Assembly (NCBI GenBank): GCA_043816605.1
Contig: JBDRHR010000173.1
Span: 1 to 48,895 of the forward strand
Reading direction: 5' to 3'
DNA from: Nitrospirota bacterium
Lineage (GTDB): Bacteria > UBA9089 > CG2-30-40-21 > SBAY01
DNA: 48,895 bases
Of this stretch, positions 28,816-37,227 are shown one piece after another. A program made the translations under genes and the position numbers. The notes beneath the pieces were generated by a model. It saw only the letters and a program-made list of their open reading frames with translations. It made no database searches and was not told where the DNA came from. Each line of letters starts with the position of its first letter. Positions within the stretch are counted from its first letter, which is position 1.

Positions 28816-29268
28816 TTACTTTCGTCCTGCAGATACAAGGTCTCCTTCAGTTTCTTCACCTTTAGCTGGGCTGAGTGGTGGTGGTGTTGTCCATGTCCAA
28901 ATTGAGGTACCTTGATTTGAACTGTCAAACCAACGCCAATTTCCTGTTCCACAAAGAGTGGTTGAATTAAGCGTTGCCTGATGCATCACAGCATAGGCAA
29001 TAGGAGAGGCTTGGAGTAATTGAACGCTAACGGTTATAGTTCCTCCTGATAGAGGCACAATAGCCGTCCCACTTACAGGACCAGACGGACCCTTTCCATT
29101 CAATGTGTACATCTGAGCTCCTCCATAAACTCCGGCAGGTGTTGCTGCTACCTTTATGTACCACCCGTTGATGTTCCAGCAGAGATTATCGAACGCCCAT
29201 GCAGATATAGGTGTTACTATCACTGAAAGGACAAACATTGTTACTAAAAGGTTTCTTAGTTTTTTCAT
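28816..29268 (-). CDS. hypothetical secreted protein
   Basis: 150 aa. Signal peptide MKKLRNLLVTMFVLSVIVTPISAWA. AGGAGGTG Shine-Dalgarno. No family recognised. Confidence 0.6.
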   Translation of the reverse strand: MKKLRNLLVTMFVLSVIVTPISAWAFDNLCWNINGWYIKVAATPAGVYGGAQMYTLNGKGPSGPVSGTAIVPLSGGTITVSVQLLQASPIAYAVMHQATLNSTTLCGTGNWRWFDSSNQGTSIWTWTTPPPLSPAKGEETEGDLVSAGRK

Positions 29269-29300
29269 CTTTTTTCACCTCCTTTCATTTATAAAATTTA

Positions 29301-29339
29301 GGTGTAATTATCTTTGTTTTAAATAAAACTAATTACACC
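29301..29339 (-). terminator. candidate intrinsic terminator after the C11 peptidase gene
   Basis: 10-bp stem ggtgtaatta/taattacacc, followed on the minus strand by an A/T-rich tail ending in TTTT. Confidence 0.45.
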
Positions 29340-29432
29340 ATTCTCTTGTAGCTTTTTCTATCCTTGCCTTTTTTAAATCACAGACACGGATATCTCGACC
29401 TTGGCTACATTAAAAACCGCAATAATCATAAC

Positions 29433-30938
29433 TTATTTAGTATGTACATCATACGCATTTAAAAACTCATTCCATTGAGTATCGACAGCAAAGTTAGTAT
29501 TGGCATAGTCAGGAGAAGAACCGGTTGTTGGAAAATATATGGAAATCCCATGGGCCCCTGGATGTCCTGAATAATGAGCCTCGGCAATTACATCATTATT
29601 AATAGCATTGCCAAGGGCAAGAACCGCAGATTTAACTACCGGACTTGTAACTCTATTGTAAATTTCCTCGCCAAAATCATACAGGTCAGGATAACCCACA
29701 TCCTCTGTTGCTAATCGTGCCGCTTTAATATTAGCCCATTCTCCACAGGCTATCATAGCCATAGCAAAATTACTTACGGCGGTAGCTAAATTATCAAGGG
29801 CTAAGGTAGTATTTACCGCAGAGAATGTTACAAACGGCTCCACCCCAAGATAAGAATCAATGTAATGTTTAACCGTAATTGAGCCTAAAAAGGTAGCGTC
29901 CATACCTGGATTATTCACTAAATCTGTTAGAATCGTATCATAAGGCCAACCATCCCATGGTTCTACTTCTTGAGATGCCGCCAGTACCTCTGACGAAGCC
30001 TTTGTTTCATAAGCCACCTCAATCATCCCCATCAAGCAGGCATCATAACCTAAAAGATTCATCATCTTTCCGGACAAGGCAGTTTCTACCTCATCATAGT
30101 GTAAATAACTGTTATTTGTTACATCTATGCAGACAGTTTTTATAGCCTGTTCCTGCCCTAATTTTTTAAGTATGCCGCCTCCGTGATTCCAAAGGACTAA
30201 GGCATATTTATTCGCCGGATAATTTATCATTGCCCATTCAACAAAATCCTTTAAGGTTTGGTCATCTCCCATATCTGCCTCACCTATATCCGCTAAGGCA
30301 TTTGCCGGTGTAGGTGTCATATCCTGTTGAATATGAAATCTCTTGGTAGAAGTCCAATTCCCATACTGAGAATCATATCCTGGAATGCGGTCAAATTGAA
30401 CGACTATATTTACATTATCGCTTGAGCCAACCTGCGCCATTTCAAGGAAATCTTCAATCCCTGCATCCTCTAAGTCATTATCAGCCGCAATATAAACTAA
30501 ATATGTCCATTCTTTCTTAGCCATAGTACCAAAGGTAAAGGGTACAAAATCCTCACTTAAATTATCCCCGGTAATATTATTTAATAATCTTGCTCCCAGC
30601 TTGTAATTACCCTGTGGTTCAACTCCCCCAAATGTGTACTGGAATATATTTCCTTGAAAGTTAAAATTTGCGGGTAATTGAAACGCCGGTAGATTATAAA
30701 TTGAAATTAACCCACCGGGTGCAGGACATTCTACCCAATTCTTTATATCCACAACCTGAGTTTGGTTGGTGTTATTCCAAAGATGGACACCTTCTATTAA
30801 GGTATCCCCTATGTTATAACTTGCCTGATTAGTAGATATATCTATATGAGCAGGAGGTATAGACGCATTAACCCTTGATACTGCCATAAACCACCCTAAA
30901 GCTACTACCCCTAAAATAACACTTACTTTTTTAAACAT
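29433..30938 (-). CDS. secreted clostripain-family (C11, clan CD) cysteine peptidase
   Basis: EWTYLVYIAADNDLE block. Catalytic His context LVLWNHGGG. Catalytic Cys context LGYDACLMGM. Signal peptide present. Confidence 0.8.
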   Translation of the reverse strand: MFKKVSVILGVVALGWFMAVSRVNASIPPAHIDISTNQASYNIGDTLIEGVHLWNNTNQTQVVDIKNWVECPAPGGLISIYNLPAFQLPANFNFQGNIFQYTFGGVEPQGNYKLGARLLNNITGDNLSEDFVPFTFGTMAKKEWTYLVYIAADNDLEDAGIEDFLEMAQVGSSDNVNIVVQFDRIPGYDSQYGNWTSTKRFHIQQDMTPTPANALADIGEADMGDDQTLKDFVEWAMINYPANKYALVLWNHGGGILKKLGQEQAIKTVCIDVTNNSYLHYDEVETALSGKMMNLLGYDACLMGMIEVAYETKASSEVLAASQEVEPWDGWPYDTILTDLVNNPGMDATFLGSITVKHYIDSYLGVEPFVTFSAVNTTLALDNLATAVSNFAMAMIACGEWANIKAARLATEDVGYPDLYDFGEEIYNRVTSPVVKSAVLALGNAINNDVIAEAHYSGHPGAHGISIYFPTTGSSPDYANTNFAVDTQWNEFLNAYDVHTK

Positions 30939-30961
30939 TTTTTACCACACTCCTTTTTAAA

Positions 30962-31190
30962 TTTTTAGCAGCGAATAAATTCTCTTTTCTGATTTTGTGA
31001 GACACTTCTGAGATTTTCTCTCTTGCCCACTTTCACCTTATATTCTAAGCAGGTAATATGCTTACCTGATTTTAAAAGTTTTTAGTAGGAGAATAAATTT
31101 TCTCCTCTAATTTTGTGAGACACACCTGAGATTTTCTCCCGTGCCCACTTTTACCCTATATCTTAGCAGGTAATACACTTACCTGATTTT
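30962..31190. repeat. tandem direct repeat, 2 copies x 117 bp
   Basis: Copy 1 spans 30962..31078 and copy 2 spans 31079..31190. Landmarks tttttag, ttttgtgagacac, gagattttctc, gcccactt and gcaggtaatannnnttacctgatttt recur at an exact 117-bp offset. Roughly four-fifths identical by eye. Confidence 0.8.
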
Positions 31191-32760
31191 AATGTTTAAA
31201 ATGCCTAATCCCTGTGAAAATCATCGTCATAGCGTATTCATCAGCAGCATTGATTACTTCATCGTCTCTAATAGAGCCGCCGGGTTGAATTACTGCCCTG
31301 ACTCCGACTTTATCCGCCAGGTCAATTCCATCTCTAAATGGGAAGAAGGCGTCTGAAGCCATTATTGTACCAAAGGCATTAGCTCCTGCTCCTGCCTTAT
31401 TAATAGCAATCTTAACTGAATCCACCCGTGAGGTTTGCCCGGCACCAATACTAATAGTTCTGTTTTCTTTTGCCAGAACAATGGCATTAGATTTGACATG
31501 TTTTGCTACCTTCCACCCAAAAAGCATTGCCTTCATCTCCTGTGGAGAAGGTTGTCTTTTAGTAACTATCTTGAGGTTTTGAGGGGTAATCTTTTGGACA
31601 TCACTATCCTGGACAAGTAATCCACCACCTCCTACGGTTCTTAGAGCAACTTGTTGCGTTGCAAGTGGTGTCTGAGCAGTTGGTGAATAATTTTGCCAGG
31701 CAGCTACTTCCAAAAGTCTCAAGTCTTTTTTTGTTTTAAGAATTTCAAGTGCCTCCTGACTAAACCCGGGGGCAATAATAGCCTCAATGAATGTCTTGAC
31801 TATTTCTTCTGCCGTAGATTTTTCTACCTGCTGATTAAAACCGATTATCCCTCCAAAGGCAGAGGTAGGGTCTGTTTCATAAGCAAGTTTATAGGCAGTC
31901 AATTGATTTTCTCCAGTAGCTACTCCACAAGGATTGTTATGTTTAATGATGGCACAGGCGGAATCCTCCTCAAATTCCCTTGCCAAGGCTAAAGCAGCAT
32001 CAAGGTCTAAGATATTATTGTAAGAAAGTTCTTTGCCGTGTAATTGTTTTGCATTACCAATCCCGGGGACAGTAACTTGAGTGTCCTTATAAAAGCCTGC
32101 CTGTTGATGAGGATTTTCCCCATATCGTAATGAGAATATCTTTTCATAATTTAAATTTAAATTTGCGGGAAAAGGGTCTTTTTCTAAATATTGATGGATA
32201 ATAGAGTCATATTGAGCCGTATGGGCAAACACCTCACAGGCTAATTTATAACTAAATTCTACGGATAAACAGCCGTCATTTTTCTTAAGTTCCATAAGTA
32301 GTTCTTCATATCTTGCAGGGGAAACTACCACGCCGACATATTTATAATTTTTAGCCGCGGCACGAAGCATGGTAGGACCACCTATGTCAATATTTTCAAT
32401 TGCCTCCTCCAGCGTAACATCAGGTTTAGCAATAGTTTTTGCAAAAGGATAAAGATTAATAATGACGAGGTCAATGGGTTCAATCTTATGAACTTCCAGT
32501 TGTTGGAGATGTTCCGGAATCCGTTGGGCTAAAATTCCAGCTAAAATGTTCGGATGAAGTGTTTTTACCCTTCCATCCAACATCTCCGGGAAGTTAGTTA
32601 CCTCAGATACGGGAATAACCGATATGCCGGCTTCTTTCAAGGCATTAGCCGTCCCTCCCGTAGAAATAATCTCTACCCCCATCTGGTCTAAATAATTAGC
32701 CAGATTAAGTAATCCTTGTTTATCTGCTACGCTTATTAGAGCCCGTTTAATCTTAATCAT
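31189..32760 (-). CDS. purH: bifunctional AICAR transformylase / IMP cyclohydrolase
   Basis: 523 aa with an MGS-like N-terminus (KRALISVADKQGL..GGTA), AICARFT motifs (LRYGENPHQ, KHNNPCG) and C-terminus FTGIRHFKH. Confidence 0.95.
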   Translation of the reverse strand: MIKIKRALISVADKQGLLNLANYLDQMGVEIISTGGTANALKEAGISVIPVSEVTNFPEMLDGRVKTLHPNILAGILAQRIPEHLQQLEVHKIEPIDLVIINLYPFAKTIAKPDVTLEEAIENIDIGGPTMLRAAAKNYKYVGVVVSPARYEELLMELKKNDGCLSVEFSYKLACEVFAHTAQYDSIIHQYLEKDPFPANLNLNYEKIFSLRYGENPHQQAGFYKDTQVTVPGIGNAKQLHGKELSYNNILDLDAALALAREFEEDSACAIIKHNNPCGVATGENQLTAYKLAYETDPTSAFGGIIGFNQQVEKSTAEEIVKTFIEAIIAPGFSQEALEILKTKKDLRLLEVAAWQNYSPTAQTPLATQQVALRTVGGGGLLVQDSDVQKITPQNLKIVTKRQPSPQEMKAMLFGWKVAKHVKSNAIVLAKENRTISIGAGQTSRVDSVKIAINKAGAGANAFGTIMASDAFFPFRDGIDLADKVGVRAVIQPGGSIRDDEVINAADEYAMTMIFTGIRHFKH

Positions 32761-33134
32761 TTATTTTTAACCTCCATGGTCTTTAACCGAACAGCCGGTA
32801 GACGTTTTAATCGTTGATTTTGCGGGTCAACCTCAATCCCAACAGACTCAAGGGCGATTACACCCAGGATAGGTTCCACATCATCTTTGCCAAAGATTAT
32901 GGTTGCACCAATTATCTCGCCCATAAATTCTATTTGGACAGCAGCAATATCCATCCTTATCTCTGTTCCATCAGCTAATTCATAGGTGCGTTTTCCACTG
33001 GGTTCAATCCCAATCTCTCGCAAATACCTCCCTGGAGCCATACAGTCAATAGAACCGGTATCCACAAGAAATAATCCTTCCCAACGTTTTTCTGGATATC
33101 TTAGATTGACTACTTCAGCCGTTACATGTGTCAT
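32757..33134 (-). CDS. retropepsin-like (clan AA) aspartic protease, translationally coupled to purH
   Basis: Motif FLVDTGSIDCMAP. Its stop overlaps the purH ATG by 4 bp. Start set at the ATG at 33134 (MTHVTAEVVNLRYP) because it aligns with the paralog start MGYIHAEINLKNP. The ORF track's 33155 start is a TTG with no Shine-Dalgarno. Confidence 0.65.
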   Translation of the reverse strand: MTHVTAEVVNLRYPEKRWEGLFLVDTGSIDCMAPGRYLREIGIEPSGKRTYELADGTEIRMDIAAVQIEFMGEIIGATIIFGKDDVEPILGVIALESVGIEVDPQNQRLKRLPAVRLKTMEVKNK

Positions 33135-33162
33135 TCCCGTCGCTATCACCTCCAATGGAATT

Positions 33163-33232
33163 CAGGTAATCGGTTGTCAGGTAAGGAAAATGCAATAATC
33201 GGTTCTTACCAATTACCGAATCACCAATTACC
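33163..33232. repeat. imperfect hairpin built from the ggtaatcgg / ccgattacc word family
   Basis: caggtaatcggttgtcaggtaagg lies opposite cttaccaattaccgaatcaccaattacc. The same word occurs at 26445 and 48408. Confidence 0.4.
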
Positions 33233-33277
33233 ATTTACCTTGCACTTCATTTGGGTAAATAGTTACAAAATAAAAGC

Positions 33278-33353
33278 TGGCGTCCCCAGGGGGATTCGAA
33301 CCCCCGCTGCCACCGTGAAAGGGTGGTGACCTGGGCCACTAGTCGATGGGGAC
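33278..33353 (-). tRNA. tRNA-Glu (UUC)
   Basis: 76 nt. Acceptor stem GTCCCCA/TGGGGAC. T arm GGGGG-TTCGAAT-CCCCC. Anticodon stem CCACC/GGTGG with loop CTTTCAC. Encoded CCA end. Confidence 0.9.
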
Positions 33354-33458
33354 TCGCCGTAAATTATAATATACCATAAATATTAAAAAATTGCAACTAA
33401 AATTTTATAATTAGATGGAAACAGAAAGTAATTTTCTCACTTCCCATTTACTTTTTAC

Positions 33459-33487
33459 TTGACTTTTTTAAAACATTGTATTACTAT
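33459..33487 (+). promoter_or_regulatory. candidate sigma70 promoter of nikR
   Basis: TTGACT, a 17-nt spacer, then TACTAT. Confidence 0.45.
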
Positions 33488-33490
33488 TAT

Positions 33491-33546
33491 AAAAGTTAAA
33501 AGTTAAAAGTTAAAAGTTGAAAGTTGAAAGTTGAAAGTTAAGAATT
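33491..33546 (+). repeat. 8-bp microsatellite (AAAGTTRA) x about 7 in the nikR leader
   Basis: aaaagttaaaagttaaaagttaaaagttgaaagttgaaagttgaaagttaag. An exact 32-nt stretch recurs at 35226..35257. Confidence 0.85.
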
Positions 33547-33600
33547 GAGGGTTGAGAGTTGAGAGTGAAGAATTTCCCCTTAACCCTAATCCCTTAACCC
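33547..33600. repeat. word-built imperfect hairpin
   Basis: gagggttgagagttgagagtg lies opposite ccttaaccctaatcccttaacccc. Pairing needs G-U pairs. Confidence 0.45.
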
Positions 33601-33638
33601 CTACTTCCATAACGCTTACTTAAATAGAGGTGATTTAA

Positions 33639-34055
33639 ATGGCTGAGTTAGTTCGGTTTGGGGTATCACTTGATAAAAAATTACTTGAATGGTTTGATAA
33701 ACTTATCCATTCACAGAATTACTCTAACCGTTCAGAGGCTATTCGTGATTTGATTCGGGAAAACTTAGTTAAAGAGGAATGGGTAAAAGGAGAAGAGGTT
33801 GCCGGCGTAATTACATTAGTCTATGACCATCATCAAAGAGAACTCGTAAATATGCTCACCGATATTCAACATGATTTCTACCAGCTAATTATTTCTACCC
33901 AACATATCCATCTTGACCATGATAATTGTTTGGAGGTAGTAGTAGTGAAAGGAAAACCCAAAGAGGTTGAAAAGCTGGCTCATCAAATGAAATCGACAAG
34001 AGGGGTAAAATATGGTACCTTGAGTATGGCTACTACGGGTAAGGGGTTGGTGTAG
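33639..34055 (+). CDS. nikR: nickel-responsive regulator NikR
   Basis: Ribbon-helix-helix N-terminus (VRFGVSLDKKLLEWFD..NRSEAIRDLIRE). C-terminal metal-site block HHQRE..QHIHLDHDNCLEVVVVKG. Confidence 0.85.
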   Translation: MAELVRFGVSLDKKLLEWFDKLIHSQNYSNRSEAIRDLIRENLVKEEWVKGEEVAGVITLVYDHHQRELVNMLTDIQHDFYQLIISTQHIHLDHDNCLEVVVVKGKPKEVEKLAHQMKSTRGVKYGTLSMATTGKGLV

Positions 34056-34092
34056 GCAATCATTCAGGTCACTGCAAAACAGATAATAAAAA

Positions 34093-34215
34093 ATTGTAAA
34101 ATGGGTATTGTAAAATGAAAAATGTAAAATGAGAGAATGAGAGGGTATAGATGAAAGCTGATGGTATTACTGAACTAACTTTTAAATTTTTCATTATCCA
34201 TTTTACAGTTTACAG
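34093..34215. repeat. word-built hairpin (tgtaaaatg words)
   Basis: attgtaaaatgggtattgtaaaatgaaaaatgtaaaatg lies opposite tttttcattatccattttacagtttacag. Confidence 0.65.
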
Positions 34216-34251
34216 TTATTCACACTACAAAGTTTTTGACTGACTAAATGA

Positions 34252-34968
34252 TTATAAAAGATAATCCTTCCTAACCCGTTTCAGGGCATTAAAGATACTT
34301 GCTTTAGTATGAGGATCGCATTCTTTTTCAAGCATTGTTAGTAAGTTTTTCATAAATTTTCTTTTCCCACCCTGGTATGGGCAATCAAAATATAATACGG
34401 GTAAATTATACCCATTTGCAAATTTTTCAAGGTCTTTTTCCTCTATATACATCAAAGGTCTTATAATCCAGGTTCTTCCACCAAAAAATTTCTCCACAGG
34501 TGTCATAGTGCCAATTTCACTATGAAATATAAGATTCAGAAAGAAGGTCTCAAGTATGTCATCCTTATGATGGGCAACGGCTATTTTATTAGCACCAATC
34601 TCTGTCGCTAAATCAAAAAGTATTCTTTTACGGCTAAAGGCACAATAAAAACACTTTATTTTATCATTGCCTTGTAATAAATTTAAAGGCTTAATGTGAT
34701 ATTCATAGTTGTTTTCTTTAAAATACCGCTCTAATCTCTCTACATCTATATTTTGGAAGTCTGTTTTAATATGAACAGGGATAATCTCAAACTTAATCGG
34801 TGCATATCGTTGCCTGTCTCTCAATAATTCAAGTAAAGTCAGGCTATCTTTACCACCAGAGACAGCAACGATAATCCTATCCCCATCCTGAATCATATCA
34901 TAATCTTTAATCGCCTTGCCTGCTTTTTTAGAAAGTAAAAATTTAATTTCTAAACTCTTTTTCCCCAA
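34252..34968 (-). CDS. ttcA: TtcA-like PP-loop tRNA thiolation ATPase
   Basis: PP-loop VAVSGGKDSLTLL and Cys pairs (CFYCAFSRKR, FDCPYQGG). TTG start with AAGGAG 8-9 nt upstream. Confidence 0.75.
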   Translation of the reverse strand: MGKKSLEIKFLLSKKAGKAIKDYDMIQDGDRIIVAVSGGKDSLTLLELLRDRQRYAPIKFEIIPVHIKTDFQNIDVERLERYFKENNYEYHIKPLNLLQGNDKIKCFYCAFSRKRILFDLATEIGANKIAVAHHKDDILETFFLNLIFHSEIGTMTPVEKFFGGRTWIIRPLMYIEEKDLEKFANGYNLPVLYFDCPYQGGKRKFMKNLLTMLEKECDPHTKASIFNALKRVRKDYLL

Positions 34969-35125
34969 AAAAAATCTCCTTTTACCTTTGATTTCCTATG
35001 ATTTCTTCCGGGTAGATTGTCGTAGCAGAATTTGCTCTGCCATTTCCACTCAAGCAAAGCAACCTTTCAAACAAAAGTGAACTATCCCGAGTTTATTGTT
35101 CCCATTACTCCATCAAGAAAATATT

Positions 35126-35218
35126 TGGCGGAGAGGCTGGGATTTGAACCCAGGGTAGAGTTATACACCCCACAACTGCTTAGCAGGCAGCCCCGATCGA
35201 CCACTCTGGCACCTCTCC
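35126..35218 (-). tRNA. tRNA-Ser (GCU)
   Basis: 93 nt. Acceptor stem GGAGAGG/CCTCTCC. Long variable arm. T loop TTCAAAT. Anticodon loop CTGCTAA. Encoded CCA end. Confidence 0.9.
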
Positions 35219-35225
35219 GAATATT

Positions 35226-35300
35226 AAGTTAAAAGTTAAAAGTTGAAAGTTGAAAGTGAGAAGTAAAATTTCTTCACTTTCTACTTTCCACTTTTAACTT
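35226..35300. repeat. word-built hairpin between the two tRNA-Ser genes
   Basis: aagttaaaagttaaaagttgaaagttgaaagtgagaagt lies opposite cttcactttctactttccacttttaactt. Confidence 0.7.
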
Positions 35301-35304
35301 ATTC

Positions 35305-35394
35305 TGGCGGCGGGAGTAGGATTTGAACCCACGAACGAGTTACCCCGTTAACGGTTTTCAAGACCGCCGCAATCGTCCACTCTGCCATCCCGCC
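35305..35394 (-). tRNA. tRNA-Ser (UGA)
   Basis: 90 nt. Acceptor stem GGCGGGA/TCCCGCC. Long variable arm. T loop TTCAAAT. Anticodon loop CTTGAAA. Encoded CCA end. Confidence 0.9.
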
Positions 35395-35406
35395 TATAGA
35401 TTCATT

Positions 35407-35501
35407 CACCATAGAGACACGGAGAAACAGAGAAGAAAGATAAGTTAAAGATTTTAAAATTTAATATTTCTGTTTTCCTCCGTGTCTCTGTGCCTCCGTG
35501 G
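35407..35501. repeat. word-built hairpin (gagacacggag words)
   Basis: caccatagagacacggagaaacagag lies opposite ctgttttcctccgtgtctctgtgcctccgtgg. Confidence 0.7.
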
Positions 35502-35511
35502 TTAATTCTAC

Positions 35512-36495
35512 CTAAAATTTCGCTGTGCAGGAAAGGAAATGAGTTCCCACTCCAGAACCATCTAATAAGGCATAATCTATATCATATTGGACACCAGGGA
35601 AAAGTTTTTTTAACTCTACTTCCCTAATTCCAAATCCTATGGTATGATAGTCTTTACTTAAAAGTCCAGCCCTAACCGCCATATTATCCGTACACCAGCG
35701 TTCAAAACCCACCTTAACCTTACTTTGTCCCTTACCTATCTTTGTAGTATATACATCCTCCAATTTATAGTTATAACACTCTATGGCAAAGATAGTCTTT
35801 TCATCCGGTCTCCAGGCAACGCCTGGTGTAATAATTTTTTCCCATACAAATTCACAAATAGGAGAATCTTCCCCGTATTTTACAACCGTCTCATTAAAAT
35901 TCTGGATTATAAGTCCGAGGGAAACCTCATTATTAATATGATACAAAATGCCTACATCATACTCTATAAAATTCGCCGTATACCCTGTTGATTCACATTC
36001 AGACCATTTAAAAGCCGTCTCTGTTCCTTTCAAAAGGGATGAACTTCTATTTCGCAGATTAACGCCTAAAGCCAGATTTTTAAACTGTCCTCCTCCATAA
36101 CCTCCCATAGCCAATCCAACCCATTCATCATCAATGGCATAAGGAGCAAAGTTATCTGTTTTCTTTTCCACCCATTGAAAGGCATTTTTAAAGTGAACAT
36201 AATTTACCCCTATTCCTCCAGAATCGCCTATTTTAGTTCCAGCCGCAAGCCACTCTTGATACTCCATAATATCCCGATTATTCATTGTCCGCATAATGGT
36301 AACCTCTGACTCTTTCATATTCCCTAATCCCGCAGGATTCCAATAGCAAGCATCAATTCCTTCAGCTACGGAAACGAATGCTCCACCCATGCCTAAAGCC
36401 CTGGCACCTACCCCTGGACCAAAGTAACTAAACCCCACTCTTTGCTCGAGTATTACTAAAGCAATTCCTATTACCAATATTATAAGTTTTTTCAT
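35512..36495 (-). CDS. PorV/PorQ-family outer-membrane beta-barrel protein (paralog A)
   Basis: GVGARALGMGGAFVSVAEGIDACYWNPAGLGNM. C-terminus ..HFLSCTAKF. Start placed at MKKLIILV (36495), which has GGGGGA 5 nt upstream. Confidence 0.7.
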   Translation of the reverse strand: MKKLIILVIGIALVILEQRVGFSYFGPGVGARALGMGGAFVSVAEGIDACYWNPAGLGNMKESEVTIMRTMNNRDIMEYQEWLAAGTKIGDSGGIGVNYVHFKNAFQWVEKKTDNFAPYAIDDEWVGLAMGGYGGGQFKNLALGVNLRNRSSSLLKGTETAFKWSECESTGYTANFIEYDVGILYHINNEVSLGLIIQNFNETVVKYGEDSPICEFVWEKIITPGVAWRPDEKTIFAIECYNYKLEDVYTTKIGKGQSKVKVGFERWCTDNMAVRAGLLSKDYHTIGFGIREVELKKLFPGVQYDIDYALLDGSGVGTHFLSCTAKF

Positions 36496-36573
36496 ATCAT
36501 CCCCCATCAAGTAATTGTCATCTAATTGTTATATGAAGTTTTACAACATTTTTTCTTTTGTTAGCCGTGTTTT

Positions 36574-36849
36574 TTAAGCAGTCATCAGTTCTACTATAGG
36601 TTTAACTAATCTGGACTTTCTTGCTGGAGCAAGCCTTTTTACCCTCACAAACACCATTGGTTGATTTTTCTCTCTCCTTGCTCTTGCCATTTTAAGATTT
36701 TCTTCTGCCAATTTCTGGTCATACTCAGGCAGAATTACAATTATTGCCTCTTTAGGTATACACTTCGTAACTTCAGGATGTTCCAAAATATACCTGCTAA
36801 ATTCTGTCGTCAATACTAAATTTTTCTCAAACAATTCCTTTTTATTCAT
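36574..36849 (-). CDS. small uncharacterised protein (91 aa), downstream member of an overlapping pair
   Basis: Its ATG overlaps the stop of 36846..37160 (ATGA). From memory the sequence (..EHPEVTKCIPKEAIIVILPEYDQKLAEENLKMARARREKNQPMVFVRV..) resembles DUF5647-type proteins. Unverified. Confidence 0.6.
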   Translation of the reverse strand: MNKKELFEKNLVLTTEFSRYILEHPEVTKCIPKEAIIVILPEYDQKLAEENLKMARARREKNQPMVFVRVKRLAPARKSRLVKPIVELMTA

Positions 36850-37160
36850 TTTTCCATCTCTTTTTCATATCTTTCACGATACCACTCCCAGTTTGACTTA
36901 ATGTCATACTGGGCAAAATTTAATACCTCATTGTAGTCCCCATAAAGGAAGGGCACCTTTTCTACTGCTCCATCAGGATGTATTCTGTCCAGATGGGCAA
37001 ACCCATGGGCAGTATCATACCTCATAACAGGATGCCATTTACCATGGATGAAAACTTCATATTGAACAACAAACTCTATTACCTTCCCCTTAACGCTGAA
37101 GTGATAATGTCTAATTCTATCATCAGAAGTTAAATATACTAAAAAATTTGATTCACCCAC
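36846..37160 (-). CDS. small uncharacterised protein (104 aa), upstream member of an overlapping pair
   Basis: His-rich core HGKWHPVMRYDTAHGFAHLDRIHPDG. 4-bp overlap with the downstream gene. Confidence 0.6.
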   Translation of the reverse strand: MGESNFLVYLTSDDRIRHYHFSVKGKVIEFVVQYEVFIHGKWHPVMRYDTAHGFAHLDRIHPDGAVEKVPFLYGDYNEVLNFAQYDIKSNWEWYRERYEKEMEK

Positions 37161-37227
37161 TTCTTTGCTTTTGCCTCAATTTTACCCTAATATACACTTA
37201 TTTTTACCAAGGGTTCTATTCTCCCCT

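Noticed and set aside
33126-33329. ORF 33126..33329 (+), and likewise ORF 35032..35232 (+).
   Set aside because: They run across tRNA-Glu and tRNA-Ser(GCU) on the opposite strand. The tRNA cloverleaves are unambiguous.
33491-33546. Possible CRISPR array suggested by regularly repeated short units. The same was considered for the other word-stutter regions.
   Set aside because: The period is only 8 bp and there are no unique spacers. This is a microsatellite, not a repeat-spacer array.
33278-35394. The tRNA-Glu / tRNA-Ser cluster as an integration hotspot or genomic-island boundary.
   Set aside because: No integrase, no duplicated tRNA 3' end (att-like direct repeat) and no phage or IS genes are visible nearby.
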